A DNA stretch of 64,000 bases from an uncultured cyanobacterium (GCA_963710605.1 CAVQBA010000006.1:192001-256000); one strand, 5' to 3'; numbered from the stretch's first letter, positions 1 through 11,904 are shown. Made by a program: numbers and translations. The notes: generated by a model from the sequence alone, not told the origin.

Positions 1-920
1 TGAGCGTTGATATAAGATACTTGGTCAGGTGTGATACCAGCATCTTTCATTGCTAATTCGATCGCTCTAGTAGCACCAGCACCATCGGGTACAGGGGCTG
101 TCATATGATAAGCATCACAAGTCATGGCATAACCAATCATCTCGGCATAAATTTTAGCTCCACGAGCGATCGCACTTTCTCTTTCTTCTAAAATTAGAAT
201 ACCTGAACCTTCACCCATAACAAAACCATCTCTATCAGCACTAAATGGGCGACTAGCAGTTTCGGGGCTGTCATTACGAAAAGAAAGAGCCTTAGCCGAG
301 GCAAAACCAGCCATTGATAATTGTGTAATTGCCGCTTCTGTACCGCCACAAATTACGGCTTGAGCGTAACCTGATTGAATCAAACGAAAGGCATCACCGA
401 TTGCATTAGAACCTGCGGCACAAGCGGTTACAGGGCAACAATTAGGTCCTTTTGCACCGGTATGAATAGCAGTTAAACCTGCCGCCATATTACAAATCAT
501 TGTTGGTACAAGAAAAGGAGTTACTCGACTTGCCCCTTTTGTGAGTAAAACTTCATTTTGCTCTTCCATGACGCTTAAGCCACCAACACCTGTACCAATA
601 ATAACGCCAATATCATGAGCATTATCCTCATTAATTTCTAGCTGTGCATCTTTAAGGGCATCAAGACTAGCCGCAACGCCAAATTGCGAAAAACGAGCCA
701 TCCGTTTGGCTTCTTTGCGTGTTATGTAAGCTAAAGGATCAAAATCTTTTACTTCACCTGCTATTTTACAAGCATAATCGGTAGTATCAAAATGGGTAAT
801 ATAACCGATACCATTTTTGCCTTCTGTTAGCCCTTGCCAATATTGCGTTACATTATTACCAATTGGGGTAATAGCACCTAAACCTGTAACTACGACTCTG
901 TTGAGTTGTCGATCAGTCAT
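1..920 (-). CDS. fabF: Beta-ketoacyl-ACP synthase II (3' part runs off the window)
   Basis: Manual translation from ATG at 920 gives MTDRQLNRVVVTGLGAITPIGN..., with the catalytic motif CPVTACAAGSNAIGDA; lies downstream of acpP. Confidence 0.95.
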   Translation of the reverse strand, partial: MTDRQLNRVVVTGLGAITPIGNNVTQYWQGLTEGKNGIGYITHFDTTDYACKIAGEVKDFDPLAYITRKEAKRMARFSQFGVAASLDALKDAQLEINEDNAHDIGVIIGTGVGGLSVMEEQNEVLLTKGASRVTPFLVPTMICNMAAGLTAIHTGAKGPNCCPVTACAAGSNAIGDAFRLIQSGYAQAVICGGTEAAITQLSMAGFASAKALSFRNDSPETASRPFSADRDGFVMGEGSGILILEERESAIARGAKIYAEMIGYAMTCDAYHMTAPVPDGAGATRAIELAMKDAGITPDQVSYINA

Positions 921-1240
921 AATGTTATTGATATAATGAAAAATCTGACTCCTTGAGCAGACCAAATTTATAGAAATTTACTTTATTATTTTTACTGTAT
1001 GGGGTTTTAGCCAACAGACATAATAATTAATATCTAAATTAGTTTGATTTTACTAATACTTAATGTAAAAGCAGTTTTTTCCATTGCCAACAACAAAGTC
1101 CACAACAGATTAATTAATCACACGTCATCTAGATAATATTTACGTCTGAGAGTCAATTGTTTAAATGATATGAGCTATGATTAACCCCATAACTGAAATA
1201 TTGAAAAATTAAATTAATTGAGAACTAATTAATTAATTAA

Positions 1241-1489
1241 TTAGGCTGTTGCTTGTGTTTTAGCTTCAATATGCTCGACTGCGGCACCTACTGTAGCAAT
1301 TTTTTCTGCTTCTTCGTCAGAAATTTCAATTTCAAATGCTTCTTCTAAAGCCATGACTAATTCGACTACATCTAATGAGTCGGCATCTAAGTCATTAACA
1401 AAGTTGGCTTCTGGTGTTACTTTTTCTACGTCTGCATCTAATTGTTCAACAACGATGTCTTTGACTTTATCTAAAATTGCTTGATTCAT
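1241..1489 (-). CDS. acpP: Acyl carrier protein
   Basis: [18 protein letters not shown] phosphopantetheine motif; adjacent to fabF. Confidence 0.97.
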   Translation of the reverse strand: MNQAILDKVKDIVVEQLDADVEKVTPEANFVNDLDADSLDVVELVMALEEAFEIEISDEEAEKIATVGAAVEHIEAKTQATA

Positions 1490-1832
1490 GTTATTTTCTA
1501 TATTGTTTTATTTATCCGTCTTTGATTTAATTGTGGTTACAAACAGCTTATATTCTTGACTAAATATAGTCTTCCAAAATTTTTAATGGCTGTTAAATGA
1601 TTTATTTTTATCTCACTTTTTATCTTTTAGTTATTGTGGCTAAAAGTTTTATGCGTGTTTTTTTCTCAAATAAATCGTTAAATCATAAATTAAGACGATT
1701 GAACTGTTTCTTAGTTTACATTTTTTTGGTAGATCGATCGATAAAATTTGCTAAAATTTACCTTTTTCATTTTGACCATTACCAATGAGTTAATTTGGTT
1801 TAGATAATCTAAATATCTTTGCTTTAATTATT

Positions 1833-2054
1833 TTAGTTATCTAGTAAAGCACAATTGTCAGCATCCCTGAGATTATCACAAACTCTGGTTTTGAATGCGT
1901 CTGGGATTTGTAAAAGAGAATTACGTTTACTCATGTAAATTGGATCATCCCATAAAGTTTCGGCATGATTAGTTAATAACCGACAATCATTATTAGTCCA
2001 TTGAACCAGTTTTACGCCACAACGATCGCATTGTTTAATTACTTTAAGATCCAT
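1833..2054 (-). CDS. Small hypothetical Cys-rich protein (73 aa)
   Basis: ORF with N-terminal CDRC, purine-rich leader GAGAGAGAAAG before the ATG; family not recognised. Confidence 0.45.
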   Translation of the reverse strand: MDLKVIKQCDRCGVKLVQWTNNDCRLLTNHAETLWDDPIYMSKRNSLLQIPDAFKTRVCDNLRDADNCALLDN

Positions 2055-2233
2055 TTACTTTCTCTCTCAAAATTTTTAATTCAAGTGTGTGATTATTTTA
2101 TCTCAAATTATGCTCAATAATTGACAATTGACAATTGACAATTGATAATTATAATAATTTTAAATAAAAACCGATCGTTATAATGTCGTCAATTTCTCAC
2201 CTTTTAACGTTTAACTCTAACGGGTGTTAGGTG

Positions 2234-3781
2234 TTAAGATAATTTCGTTAAAAATTGCAAAAGTTTTTTGGTGTTAGATGTTAACAAAGTACGACGATAA
2301 GCATCAGCGGCTTTTTTGATGGCATCGGCTTGAGTGGGATAAGAATGAATCACGCTTGATAAACCATTCAAACCTATTTTATTAACCATCGCACTGGTAA
2401 TTTCTGAGATTATCTCTCCTGCATGACTAGAAACAATTGTTGCACCTAAAATACGATCGCTTCCTTTTTGGTAATGTACTTTGACAAAACCTGTTGTTTC
2501 AGCATCAGTTATTGCTCTATCAACAGTATCCATCTCAATTTTGATTGTCTCTACTTCTATTCCTTTTTCTTTAGCATCTGTTTCATACATTCCCACATGA
2601 GCAATTTCTGGTTGAGTATATGTCACCCAAGGAATAACTAAATCACTAAACTTGGCTTTACCAAAACCAAAAGGAGAAAACAAGGTATTTTTAATGACAA
2701 TACGGGCGGCGGCATCGGCTGTATGGGTAAATTTTTCACTTAAACAAATATCACCTGCGGCGTAAATAGAAGAATTTGTTGTTTGTAAATTATCGTTAAC
2801 TTTAACTCCACGTCGATCGTATTCTACCCCAACAGCATCTAAATTAAGAGTTTCTAAATTTGGTTGTCTTCCTGCACCCATTAATATTTCGTCAACTTCG
2901 ATCGATTTTACTTGTCCATTACCTTGATAATAAATCTTTTTACCTGTTGCTGTTTTTTCTGCTCTAACAACATCGGCATTCAACACCAATTTGATTCCTT
3001 CTTGAAGAAACTGATTTTGAACAATCTCAGCGGCATCAGCATCTTCACGGTTTAATAAATGTCCGTGTTTATGAAATAAAATTACTTCTGAGCCTAAACG
3101 ATGAAATGCTTGAGCTAACTCACATCCGATCGGACCTCCTCCAAATACAGCCATAGTTTTAGGTAATTGAGTTAAAGAAAAAATAGTTTCATTAGTTTTA
3201 AATCCTGTTTCTTCTATTCCCTCTATTTCGGGTTTAACTGCCCTTGCACCTGTAGCGATGACAGCTTTTTTGTAACTTAAATTTTGACCATTAACCACGA
3301 TCGTTTTATTAGCTTGAAAACTAGCTTCACCAAAAAAAACATCAATACCCAAGTCTTTAAATCTTTTAGCAGAATCATGATGACTAATACTTGCTCTAAT
3401 ATTACGCATTCTCGCCATTACTTGAGCAAAATTAACTTTAACTTCGCCAACATCAACACCTAAATGTTTGCCTTTCATTATTTCGCCGATTACCTTTGCC
3501 GATCGAATCACTGCTTTTGAAGGCACACAACCGAAATTTAAACAATCTCCTCCCATCAAATGTTTTTCAACTAAAGCTACTTTCAAACCAATATCTAATC
3601 CTGCCGCCCCTGCCGCTACTACTAATCCTGCTGTACCAGCACCGATAACAACTAAATCATATTGACTTTCAGGAGTTGGATTTGCCCAATTTGATGGATG
3701 CACATGATTGATAAGTTTTTGATTATACTCATCCATTGGTGCGAGGTTAACGGCTTGGTCGTTTTTAGATAGTGTATTCAT
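2234..3781 (-). CDS. FAD-dependent pyridine nucleotide-disulfide oxidoreductase (mercuric reductase/dihydrolipoamide dehydrogenase-like)
   Basis: GAGTAG FAD motif, redox-active GGDCLNFGCVPSK, GGGPIGCE NAD(P) motif; no C-terminal Cys-Cys pair of true MerA. Confidence 0.85.
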   Translation of the reverse strand: MNTLSKNDQAVNLAPMDEYNQKLINHVHPSNWANPTPESQYDLVVIGAGTAGLVVAAGAAGLDIGLKVALVEKHLMGGDCLNFGCVPSKAVIRSAKVIGEIMKGKHLGVDVGEVKVNFAQVMARMRNIRASISHHDSAKRFKDLGIDVFFGEASFQANKTIVVNGQNLSYKKAVIATGARAVKPEIEGIEETGFKTNETIFSLTQLPKTMAVFGGGPIGCELAQAFHRLGSEVILFHKHGHLLNREDADAAEIVQNQFLQEGIKLVLNADVVRAEKTATGKKIYYQGNGQVKSIEVDEILMGAGRQPNLETLNLDAVGVEYDRRGVKVNDNLQTTNSSIYAAGDICLSEKFTHTADAAARIVIKNTLFSPFGFGKAKFSDLVIPWVTYTQPEIAHVGMYETDAKEKGIEVETIKIEMDTVDRAITDAETTGFVKVHYQKGSDRILGATIVSSHAGEIISEITSAMVNKIGLNGLSSVIHSYPTQADAIKKAADAYRRTLLTSNTKKLLQFLTKLS

Positions 3782-4734
3782 TTATCTTTAATATCTCTAC
3801 TTTTTAGTTTAATTAACAATGATTAGAAGTTGGGAATAATAACAATTCAAATAAAACTTGCAACAGTTTTTGTTAGTAAGTCTTTCAAAAATAGGAGCGA
3901 GGCATCCGCACAGCCTCCCCCACAATTAAAGCGAAGAAGCATCCTTTATTGTCCCCCAGAATTGGGGGATTTAGGGGGCAGGGGATAGAGGGGGATCGGA
4001 ATTTAAGGAGCTTAATCTATCTTTTTAGTTTTTTATCTTTTAAATATTTTCATCTATTAAAATCTTGCTGTTGTCTTAGTTTTAATTGTAATTATCAAAT
4101 CTGAGAAACAAATAAATAAAACTGAAGAATTAGATAAGACTTTGATCAAGGTGTTAGGTGTTAGGTGGAATGCTTATAACTTATAGCTTATCTTTTATCA
4201 AAGTATCGTAAAGATATTTCAATTGTTGTAAAGGAATAATAATTAGTAGTTAATAAATATGAAAAAATATGTCAACTTCAATACAGATGGCTTAATTCAA
4301 TTGGGGAAAAGATATATTAGAGCTATAGACCACTAATACTTAATGACCAAAAAATAGTCGTTGATTAGTCAATGTAAAATAGCTAGTTTATGTTAGTGCC
4401 AGTAGATCTTAAAGTTTTTTATCTATTTAATTCTCTACTTAAAAATAATGAGAAAAGAATAGTTAATTATCGATCGTAACTACAAAAAAATTAAGTATTA
4501 GTTATTTAAACTTTTGTAAAAAATATTTGACAATTGGCTAAATTTAATTGAATACAAAACAAAAAGATCGGTTTAAAACGATCGTAAATACAAAATATTA
4601 GCAAATTAAATCTTGTCAAACATTACTTAAGTAACTTGAAAGACTACTGCAAAATAAACTTTATTCAAAGCGATCTCTTTGTGTAAACTTTCAAAGTACG
4701 ACTATCACAACAATAATAGAAAAAACGGAACTAA

Positions 4735-7032
4735 ATGAACAACACCCCTCCTACCTCTTCTTCTGGACAGTGTCCCTTTCGTGGAACCCGCGTTGGAGGT
4801 GCACTTGGCTCTAAGCCACAAACAGATGATTGGTGGCCAAATCGACTTCAAGTAGAGCTACTTCATCAGAATTCACCTTTAGCTAATCCCCTCAAAGATT
4901 TTAATTATCAAGAAGCGTTTCAAAAAATTGACTTCCAACAGTTAAAAAATGATATTAAAGCTTTACTAAAAGATTCAAAAGATTGGTGGCCAGCAGATTA
5001 CGGTAACTATGGACCTCAAATGATTCGTATGGCATGGCACTCAGCGGGAACATACCGTATCGCCGATGGTCGTGGTGGAGCCGCTCAGGGTATGCAACGC
5101 TTTGCCCCAATTAATTCTTGGTGGGATAACGGTAATACAGATAAATCAAGACGGTTACTTTGGCCCATCAAACAAAAATATGGAGCGTCACTAAGTTGGG
5201 CAGATTTAATGATTTTAGTCGGTAACTGCTCTCTTGAAATTATGGGTTTAAAACCCTTTGGTTACGGCGGTGGTCGTATTGATGCTTGGGAAGCAGATAA
5301 AGCCACTTATTGGGGTCCTGAATTCTGGAACGGTGAACCTTTTGGAGGAAATGAAAAAGCTAAACCCCTTGAAGGACATCCAGATCAAATGGTTACTCGT
5401 GATATTCGTTGGGTTGGCGAACCAAAAGACGAGTACTATGACCTCGAAAATCCTTTAGGAGCTTCCCATCAAGCGTTGATTTACGTCGATCCTGAAGGTC
5501 CTGGTGGAAATGGCGATCCGATCGCATCTGCCCGTGACATCCGTGAAACTTTCGCTCGTATGGCAATGAACGACGAAGAAACTGTAGCCTTGATTGCAGG
5601 TGGTCATGCTTTTGGTAAAAGTCATGGTATGGTCGAGCCAGATAAAATCGGTCCTGCCCCAGAAGGTGCCCCAATTCAAGCAATGGGAATGGGATGGCAA
5701 AACCCTGAAGGTACTGGCTTTGCTGAATATACGATGACCAATGGTATTGAAGGCTCTTGGACACCAAACCCAACTCAGTGGGATAATAGCTACTTAGAAA
5801 ATTTATTTAAGTACGAGTGGGAAAAAACAAAAAGTCCCGCAGGTTCGGTACAATGGCATCCAAAAGATTCAGACGCACCTAAAACACCAGACGCACACAG
5901 AGAAGGTGTTGAGCATGCGTTAATGATGATGACTTCGGATATTGCCTTAAAAGAAGATTCTGCTTATAATGAAGTTTGTCAACGTTTCCTCAATGACTTT
6001 GAGTATTTTAGCGAAGCATTTTCTCTGGCTTGGTATAAGCTAACCCACAGAGATATGGGACCAAAAGTACGTTATCTAGGTCCAGAAGTTCCTGAAGAAG
6101 AGCTATCTTGGCAAGATCCAATTCCAGCACTCGATCATGATGTTGTTGATGATGCGGATATTAGTTCTTTAAAAGACAAACTTTTAGCAAGTGAGCTTTC
6201 TGTCTCGGCATTAGTGTCGGCGGCTTGGGCATCGGCATCAAACTATCGTAATACTGACAAACGTGGTGGTGCAAATGGTGCGCGTGTTGGCTTAAATCCT
6301 CAAAAAGAATGGGAAGTAAACCGTCCGCAAGAACTAGCTCAAGTTTTATCGACTCTCGAACAAATTCAAACTGACTTTAATAATAGTCAGTCAGGTAACA
6401 AAAAAGTATCGATCGCCGATCTTATTGTTCTCGGTGGCTGTGCTGGTATCGAAAAAGCGGCTAAATCTGCTGGAGTAGATGTGACTGTTCCCTTTACCCC
6501 TGGTAGAATGGATACTACTCAAGAATTAACAGATATTGAAACCTTCCAATGGCTCAAACCTGTCTCCGATGGTTTCAGAAATTACCATAATGAGGCGATC
6601 GGTTATAAAGTAAAAGCCGAGCGTATCTTCCTCGATCGAGCCCAATTACTTACTTTAACTGCACCTGAATGGACAGCTCTTGTTGGTGGACTTCGAGCTT
6701 TAGATCAAAACTGGGATCATTCTAAGCATGGTATCTTCACCGATCGTCCAGGTGTTTTAACTAATGACTTTTTCCGTGTCTTGACTAGTATGGATTATGA
6801 GTGGAAACCGATCGATAATCGTGAAATGATTTTTAATATTTGCGATCGTCAAACAGGTGAAACCAAATTTACTGCTACACGTTGCGATCTCATCTTTGGC
6901 TCTAATGCCGAACTACGTCAGGTAGCTGAAGTTTATGGTGCTAATGACGGTCAAGAGCTGATGGTTAAAGACTTTGTTGCCGCTTGGAATAAAGTGATGA
7001 TGCTCGATCGTTTTGATGTTCGCACTGTGTAA
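4735..7032 (+). CDS. katG: Catalase-peroxidase
   Basis: [11 protein letters not shown] distal heme motif, [10 protein letters not shown] proximal His, duplicated C-terminal domain ending KVMMLDRFD. Confidence 0.96.
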   Translation: MNNTPPTSSSGQCPFRGTRVGGALGSKPQTDDWWPNRLQVELLHQNSPLANPLKDFNYQEAFQKIDFQQLKNDIKALLKDSKDWWPADYGNYGPQMIRMAWHSAGTYRIADGRGGAAQGMQRFAPINSWWDNGNTDKSRRLLWPIKQKYGASLSWADLMILVGNCSLEIMGLKPFGYGGGRIDAWEADKATYWGPEFWNGEPFGGNEKAKPLEGHPDQMVTRDIRWVGEPKDEYYDLENPLGASHQALIYVDPEGPGGNGDPIASARDIRETFARMAMNDEETVALIAGGHAFGKSHGMVEPDKIGPAPEGAPIQAMGMGWQNPEGTGFAEYTMTNGIEGSWTPNPTQWDNSYLENLFKYEWEKTKSPAGSVQWHPKDSDAPKTPDAHREGVEHALMMMTSDIALKEDSAYNEVCQRFLNDFEYFSEAFSLAWYKLTHRDMGPKVRYLGPEVPEEELSWQDPIPALDHDVVDDADISSLKDKLLASELSVSALVSAAWASASNYRNTDKRGGANGARVGLNPQKEWEVNRPQELAQVLSTLEQIQTDFNNSQSGNKKVSIADLIVLGGCAGIEKAAKSAGVDVTVPFTPGRMDTTQELTDIETFQWLKPVSDGFRNYHNEAIGYKVKAERIFLDRAQLLTLTAPEWTALVGGLRALDQNWDHSKHGIFTDRPGVLTNDFFRVLTSMDYEWKPIDNREMIFNICDRQTGETKFTATRCDLIFGSNAELRQVAEVYGANDGQELMVKDFVAAWNKVMMLDRFDVRTV

Positions 7033-7098
7033 TTACTAATTGTTATAGCCTTTATGAAGCTATATAGTAATTTCAAATAAAAACCGATTGTATAGGAT

Positions 7099-7127
7099 GT
7101 AGGGACGTAGCAATGCTACGTCCCTAC
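7099..7127. repeat. GTAG-type REP-like palindrome (near-identical copy at 57863-57891)
   Basis: GTAGGGACGTAGCA-A-TGCTACGTCCCTAC perfect hairpin; related GTAG/CTAC palindromes near 7953, 11842, 16044, 47142 and 50508. Confidence 0.85.
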
Positions 7128-7222
7128 CAGATCTTTTACATATGGTTTGGAACTTGATTTAAATGACTATAATTATTAATTGTTAAAGTTATTGACAGTA
7201 AAATATTTTTAACTCTTCATTT

Positions 7223-7759
7223 ATGATAGATAGAGAAAAAAACCGCCCGACATGGAATGAGTATTTTATGCTGATGGCAAAACTAGCATCGAGCCGATCG
7301 ACTTGTTTGGCTTTTCCTGTAGGTGCTGTGATTGTCAAAAATCGACAAGTTTTAGCGACAGGTTACAATGGTTCGCCTTCAGGTACTGCTCATTGTATCG
7401 CTCAAGGTTTTTGTTATGAAGGTTTAGATAGTTGTGATGCAAGTAAATCATTACCTTCTCGTGCCGTTCATGCCGAAGCAAATGCGATCGCTCAAGCGGC
7501 TAAACATGGTATTGCTACCGATGGAGCAACAATTTATGTCACTCTTGAGCCTTGTCTGGCTTGTTTAAAATTAGTAATTTCAGCAGGAATTAAAGAGGTT
7601 TTTTATGAAACTGATTTCAATTCAGGAAAAAAAGCCTTAGTCAGAGATAGTTTTGTGGCGGATGATCTGGTTAAATTACATAAAATGACTGTACGTGAAG
7701 AGTTAGCTAATAATATAGCCGATTTTTTGCTTACACCTATTTCGATCGTTGGTGATTAG
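7223..7759 (+). CDS. dCMP deaminase (ComEB family)
   Basis: RPTWNEYFM start, HAEANA and PCLAC zinc-deaminase motifs. Confidence 0.9.
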   Translation: MIDREKNRPTWNEYFMLMAKLASSRSTCLAFPVGAVIVKNRQVLATGYNGSPSGTAHCIAQGFCYEGLDSCDASKSLPSRAVHAEANAIAQAAKHGIATDGATIYVTLEPCLACLKLVISAGIKEVFYETDFNSGKKALVRDSFVADDLVKLHKMTVREELANNIADFLLTPISIVGD

Positions 7760-7803
7760 AGAAATTAATGAATAATTAATAAGTATTTATGGTAGGGGTG
7801 TAA

Positions 7804-7889
7804 GCGGTGGAAACCCGCTCAGATGCGACAGAAGCAAGCGGTGAGACCCCCAAGACCACACTTTTCCGCAAGGGAGCGCTGACCAAGAC
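7804..7889. mobile_element. Small GC-rich structured element (GCGGT...ACCAAGAC) inserted in the loop of a GTAG palindrome
   Basis: Same termini and internal GCAAGCGGTGAGACCCC as the element at 24440-24540; flanks GTAGGGGTGTAA / GGCTTGCATCC form the host hairpin. Confidence 0.65.
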
Positions 7890-8115
7890 AGGCTTGCATC
7901 CTCCTTCTGCAATAATTGTAGCCATTCCAGTTAAATAATGGTCTGGTAAAAAAGGGTAGAATGATATTCTACCCCTACGGTGTTTGAATTTGTATAATTA
8001 AAATTTTATTCTTAGTTCATGTCAATGAACGATTCCTATTAGCCTTGCACGATAGTTCAAGGCGGGTTATAACAATAAGTCTGACTCATCTTCATCTCAT
8101 CGATTTAATTATCTC

Positions 8116-8220
8116 TCAACGAGATAAAAACTCTAAATTTTTCCCTGTCTGAGAACGAAAATCTTTGATTGAACAACTAAACTCTAATTTTCCTTGCTCT
8201 AAAAGAATAATCCAATCGGC
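8116..8220 (-). pseudogene. C-terminal remnant of an ABC-transporter ATPase (resembles peptidase-containing exporters)
   Basis: Reads ADWIILLEQGKLEFSCSIKDFRSQTGKNLEFLSR*, matching the post-H-loop ADxIxxLxxG segment; no upstream ORF. Confidence 0.5.
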
Positions 8221-8597
8221 AGAAGCGATCGAATTATGAAAGCCGATTACCGAACTAACTGATGATGATAAATATTTACTTTTAGATTTAGAAATAAATA
8301 CTCTAGCTTTTTGTTCACCGGTTTTTTACTGGGCAGAAGATAGCTTAAAAGTAGTAACTGCTTGCGATTAGTCTCGGTCAAACATTTTTATCAAAAATTT
8401 AAAATTCTTTGACTATTAATGGTCAAATCGAATAAATGACGATCGTTATTTATCTAACTATTCCTTTTAGAAGATGCCGTATTTGTTGAAGAGTAATAGA
8501 ATTTATTTAAATTATAATTATTTATTAATTTTTTCCAACTTAATTTTGTACCCATAAATTTTACTAAGATTATTATTTTCTAAGTTATCTAATAGAT

Positions 8598-9326
8598 TTG
8601 ACTACAAAAACAGTTCGTATTCCTAATCAAGATATACTAATTGACGCTTATTTAGTACAACCAAAAACTACAGAAAAATTACCTGCAATTATCGTTATTC
8701 AAGAAATCTTTGGTGTCAACGAGCATATTAAAGATGTAACTGAGCGTTTAGCCAAACAAGGTTATATCACAATTGCCCCTGCCATGTATCAACGTCTTGC
8801 ACCAAATTTTACCGCAGGTTATACGCCAGAGGATGTCAAAATAGGTAAGGCTTACAAAGTACAAACTCAAGCTAGTCAATTACTTAGCGATATTCAAGCA
8901 ACGATCGATTTTTTGTATCAATTACCGCAAGTCAAAAAAACAGGTGTTGGTAGTATCGGTTTTTGTTTTGGCGGACATATAGCTTATCTATGTGCTACTT
9001 TACCTGAAATTAAAGCCACAGCCTCTTTTTACGGTGCTCAAATAGCGACTTGGTGTCCGGGTATTGAAGATACAGCTACGATCGATTTTACTAAAGAGAT
9101 TAAAGGAGAGATACACTGCTTTTTTGGTTTAGAAGATGCCAGTATTCCTAAATCACAAATAGAACAAATTGCGACGGAATTAGATAAACAGCAAATTCAA
9201 AATCAAGTTTTCCGCTACCCTTCGGCAGGGCATGGGTTTTTTTGCGATTGTCGTCAAAGTTATCATCAAAAATCGGCAGAATCTGCTTGGGCAAAAGTGT
9301 TGACTTTATTTAACAGATTGTTATAA
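8598..9326 (+). CDS. Dienelactone hydrolase family protein
   Basis: QEIFGVN, GFCFGG nucleophile motif, AGHGFFCD. Confidence 0.92.
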   Translation: MTTKTVRIPNQDILIDAYLVQPKTTEKLPAIIVIQEIFGVNEHIKDVTERLAKQGYITIAPAMYQRLAPNFTAGYTPEDVKIGKAYKVQTQASQLLSDIQATIDFLYQLPQVKKTGVGSIGFCFGGHIAYLCATLPEIKATASFYGAQIATWCPGIEDTATIDFTKEIKGEIHCFFGLEDASIPKSQIEQIATELDKQQIQNQVFRYPSAGHGFFCDCRQSYHQKSAESAWAKVLTLFNRLL

Positions 9327-9900
9327 TTACAAATTATGGTTAATTGACTAAGTTAAATGTATTTAAATGAAGTTGTTGTAATAATGATTCATAATTATTT
9401 AAAACTTTTATCGATCATTGCCATATTTAGGCTGTAATATACTAACAATTGGTTATCGAAATAATTACAATTCGATCGTTACATTAGTTTATCTTAAACA
9501 AAAAATAATCAAGGTTCGTTTTTAGTGGTTAAAAACTGAGTTAAATGTCTATTTTTAGTAATTATAGGGGAATAGTATTAGATAATCTCATCGAAAATAG
9601 GAAAAAGAACTCATTTCGTTCTCTGTTAACTTTTATTGATACAATTACGATTAATAATAAGATAATATGACAACATAAATATTTATATTATTTTCTGTAG
9701 TATATGTCCTCGTTGCTTTAATGAAGATTATAAAGTTTTTGTTAAGAGTAATTACGATAACTACACCATAAACAATTATTTATGATTAAATACAGATATA
9801 AAGAGTAATTAAGCAACTACTGAGTAATGATTTAGTTATTAAAAACCCAAATGTTGAAAAACTTGATTAGTGAGTAGGAAATAAATAGAGGTTAAAGTAC

Positions 9901-10774
9901 ATGAAAGCAAGCCAATTTTTACGTCTATATGAACAAGGAATTCGTGTGTTTCACGGGATTAATTTACAAAGTGCCCAGTTACATCGATCGGTTTTAGTTG
10001 CTTTAGATTTAGAAGGGGCAAATTTGATTGGGATTGACTTTGATAGTGCTTTTTTGACCAAATCTAATTTTAATAATGCTCAACTAAATTGGTCTAATTT
10101 CACTCACGGAAAATTAAGTGAAGCTCAATTTAATCAAGCTGATTTAACTAAAGCTAATTTTTCAGGTGCTTTTATGGTACGTTCACAACTAATTAGTAGT
10201 CAGTTGAGCGGTGCGAATCTAAGTCATACTAATTTGCGTCATGGTAATCTTCAATTATCTAATCTCTGTGGTGCTTCTTTATACCGTGTTAATCTGAGAG
10301 GCTCTTTATTGATGGAAACCAATCTTAATTGGACTAACTGTCAAGAATCTCGATTGAGTGGCTCTAATATGCAAAATTGCTCGGCTTACAATGCTAATTT
10401 TACTCGAGCGTTTATGAAAGAAGTTGATTCTTAGTAATAGCGATTTAACTAACGCTAATTTGTATGGTGCGAGATTAAACGATGCTAATTTACAAAATGC
10501 TAATTTACAAAATGCTAACTTGTCTAATGCGAGACTAAAAGGTGCTAATTTGGAAAACGCTGATTTACGTGGTGCGAATTTAAACAATGTCGATTTAGAA
10601 ATGGCTAATCTTAAAGGTACTATTCTCGATCGTTATCATCCACAATATACTAATACACGTAATACTAAATTAGCTCAAAATTACTTACATAGAGCATGGG
10701 AGCAAGAAAAAGTTTTTGCTGAACAAAACTATTGTTTAATTAATAGCGGTGGTTGTTTCAATTATAGTTTCTAA
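9901..10774 (+). pseudogene. Pentapeptide-repeat protein split by a +1 frameshift at ~10429
   Basis: Overlapping ORFs 9901-10434 and 10424-10774 are both A(N/D)Lxx repeats; removing one T in GATTCTT gives continuous EVDLSNSDLTNANL. Confidence 0.8.
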
Positions 10775-10801
10775 TTATTTCGATGATGATTATTCTGTTG
10801 A

Positions 10802-11752
10802 TTATAAGGGGATAATTCCGCTGGGGTTAAGAGGAAAGAGATTACCAAAATAATCTTGTTTGACTGCATCAACGTCGTAAGTCTCTTTAATATTAGGTAA
10901 ATTATCAATTTGGGTAACGTACCGACTCAAATTAGGATAATCACTGATACGTTTAAGACTACACTTGAATAAACTATAATAAGCCACATCAAAACGAATT
11001 AAAGTAGTAAACAAACGAACATCAGCTAAAGTTATTTGCTCGCCACATAAATAAAGATTATCTTGTAAATGTGATTCGATCGTATCTAAAGTATCAAATA
11101 ATCCCTGACAAGCTTCTTCATATGCTGATTGAGTAGTAGCAAAACCGCAACGATAAACGCCATTATTCACATTATGATATATCTTTTCGTTCCATTCCTC
11201 TATCTGCGATCGTAAATCATCAGGATAAAGATTCAATTCGGGTTTCTCGGCAAATTGATTAAATTGCTCGTTGAGGATAATAATAATCTCGGCACTCTCG
11301 TTATTGACGATCGTTTTAGTGGTTTTATCCCATAAAATAGGTACAGTAGAACGACCACTATAACCAGATTGAGCTAACTGATAAAGTTGTTTGACAGATT
11401 GACAATTTTCTGACGGTTGTGTCATTACCCAACCACCTTCATTAACTGAAGGAATTAAGACTGTAACATCGATCGTTTTTTCTAAACCCTTTAATGCCCT
11501 CACCATCAAAGTACGATGCGCCCAAGGGCAACTCATCCCCACATACAAACGATAACGCCCTTCTTCTGCGGGATAAACAGCAGAAGAATTGTTACTTACA
11601 GATTGAGTAAACTGACTTGAGGGGCGTTGATAACTACCTTCTTTTGAGCTAGGTGCGAGTTGAGACATCATCGTTTGCCACATAGTATGCCAAACCCATT
11701 TAGCTGTCACAATCAAAAACGATGTCGGTAATGATTTGTTTTTGTTACTCAT
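10802..11752 (-). CDS. Glutathionyl-hydroquinone reductase / GST (YqjG-like)
   Basis: SCPWAHR, TVPILWD, NNESAEII and NNGVYRCGFA motifs. Confidence 0.9.
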   Translation of the reverse strand: MSNKNKSLPTSFLIVTAKWVWHTMWQTMMSQLAPSSKEGSYQRPSSQFTQSVSNNSSAVYPAEEGRYRLYVGMSCPWAHRTLMVRALKGLEKTIDVTVLIPSVNEGGWVMTQPSENCQSVKQLYQLAQSGYSGRSTVPILWDKTTKTIVNNESAEIIIILNEQFNQFAEKPELNLYPDDLRSQIEEWNEKIYHNVNNGVYRCGFATTQSAYEEACQGLFDTLDTIESHLQDNLYLCGEQITLADVRLFTTLIRFDVAYYSLFKCSLKRISDYPNLSRYVTQIDNLPNIKETYDVDAVKQDYFGNLFPLNPSGIIPL

Positions 11753-11904
11753 AAAAAAATTACGCCTAGATATTGATGATTATACCTCAATCAATAATAA
11801 GAGAAAGAATCACCACTTTCTCAATTTTTGACAAAAATAAAGGTGGGCATTGCCCACCCTACTTAATTCTCTTCCACTGCTAATTGTCAATTGTCAATTG
11901 TTAT

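Noticed and set aside
1597-1788. 63-aa plus-strand ORF
   Set aside because: Low-complexity AT-rich translation in the acpP upstream region; no ribosome site or motif
2234-3781. merA mercury-resistance gene
   Set aside because: No NmerA domain, no C-terminal Cys-Cys pair and no mer operon
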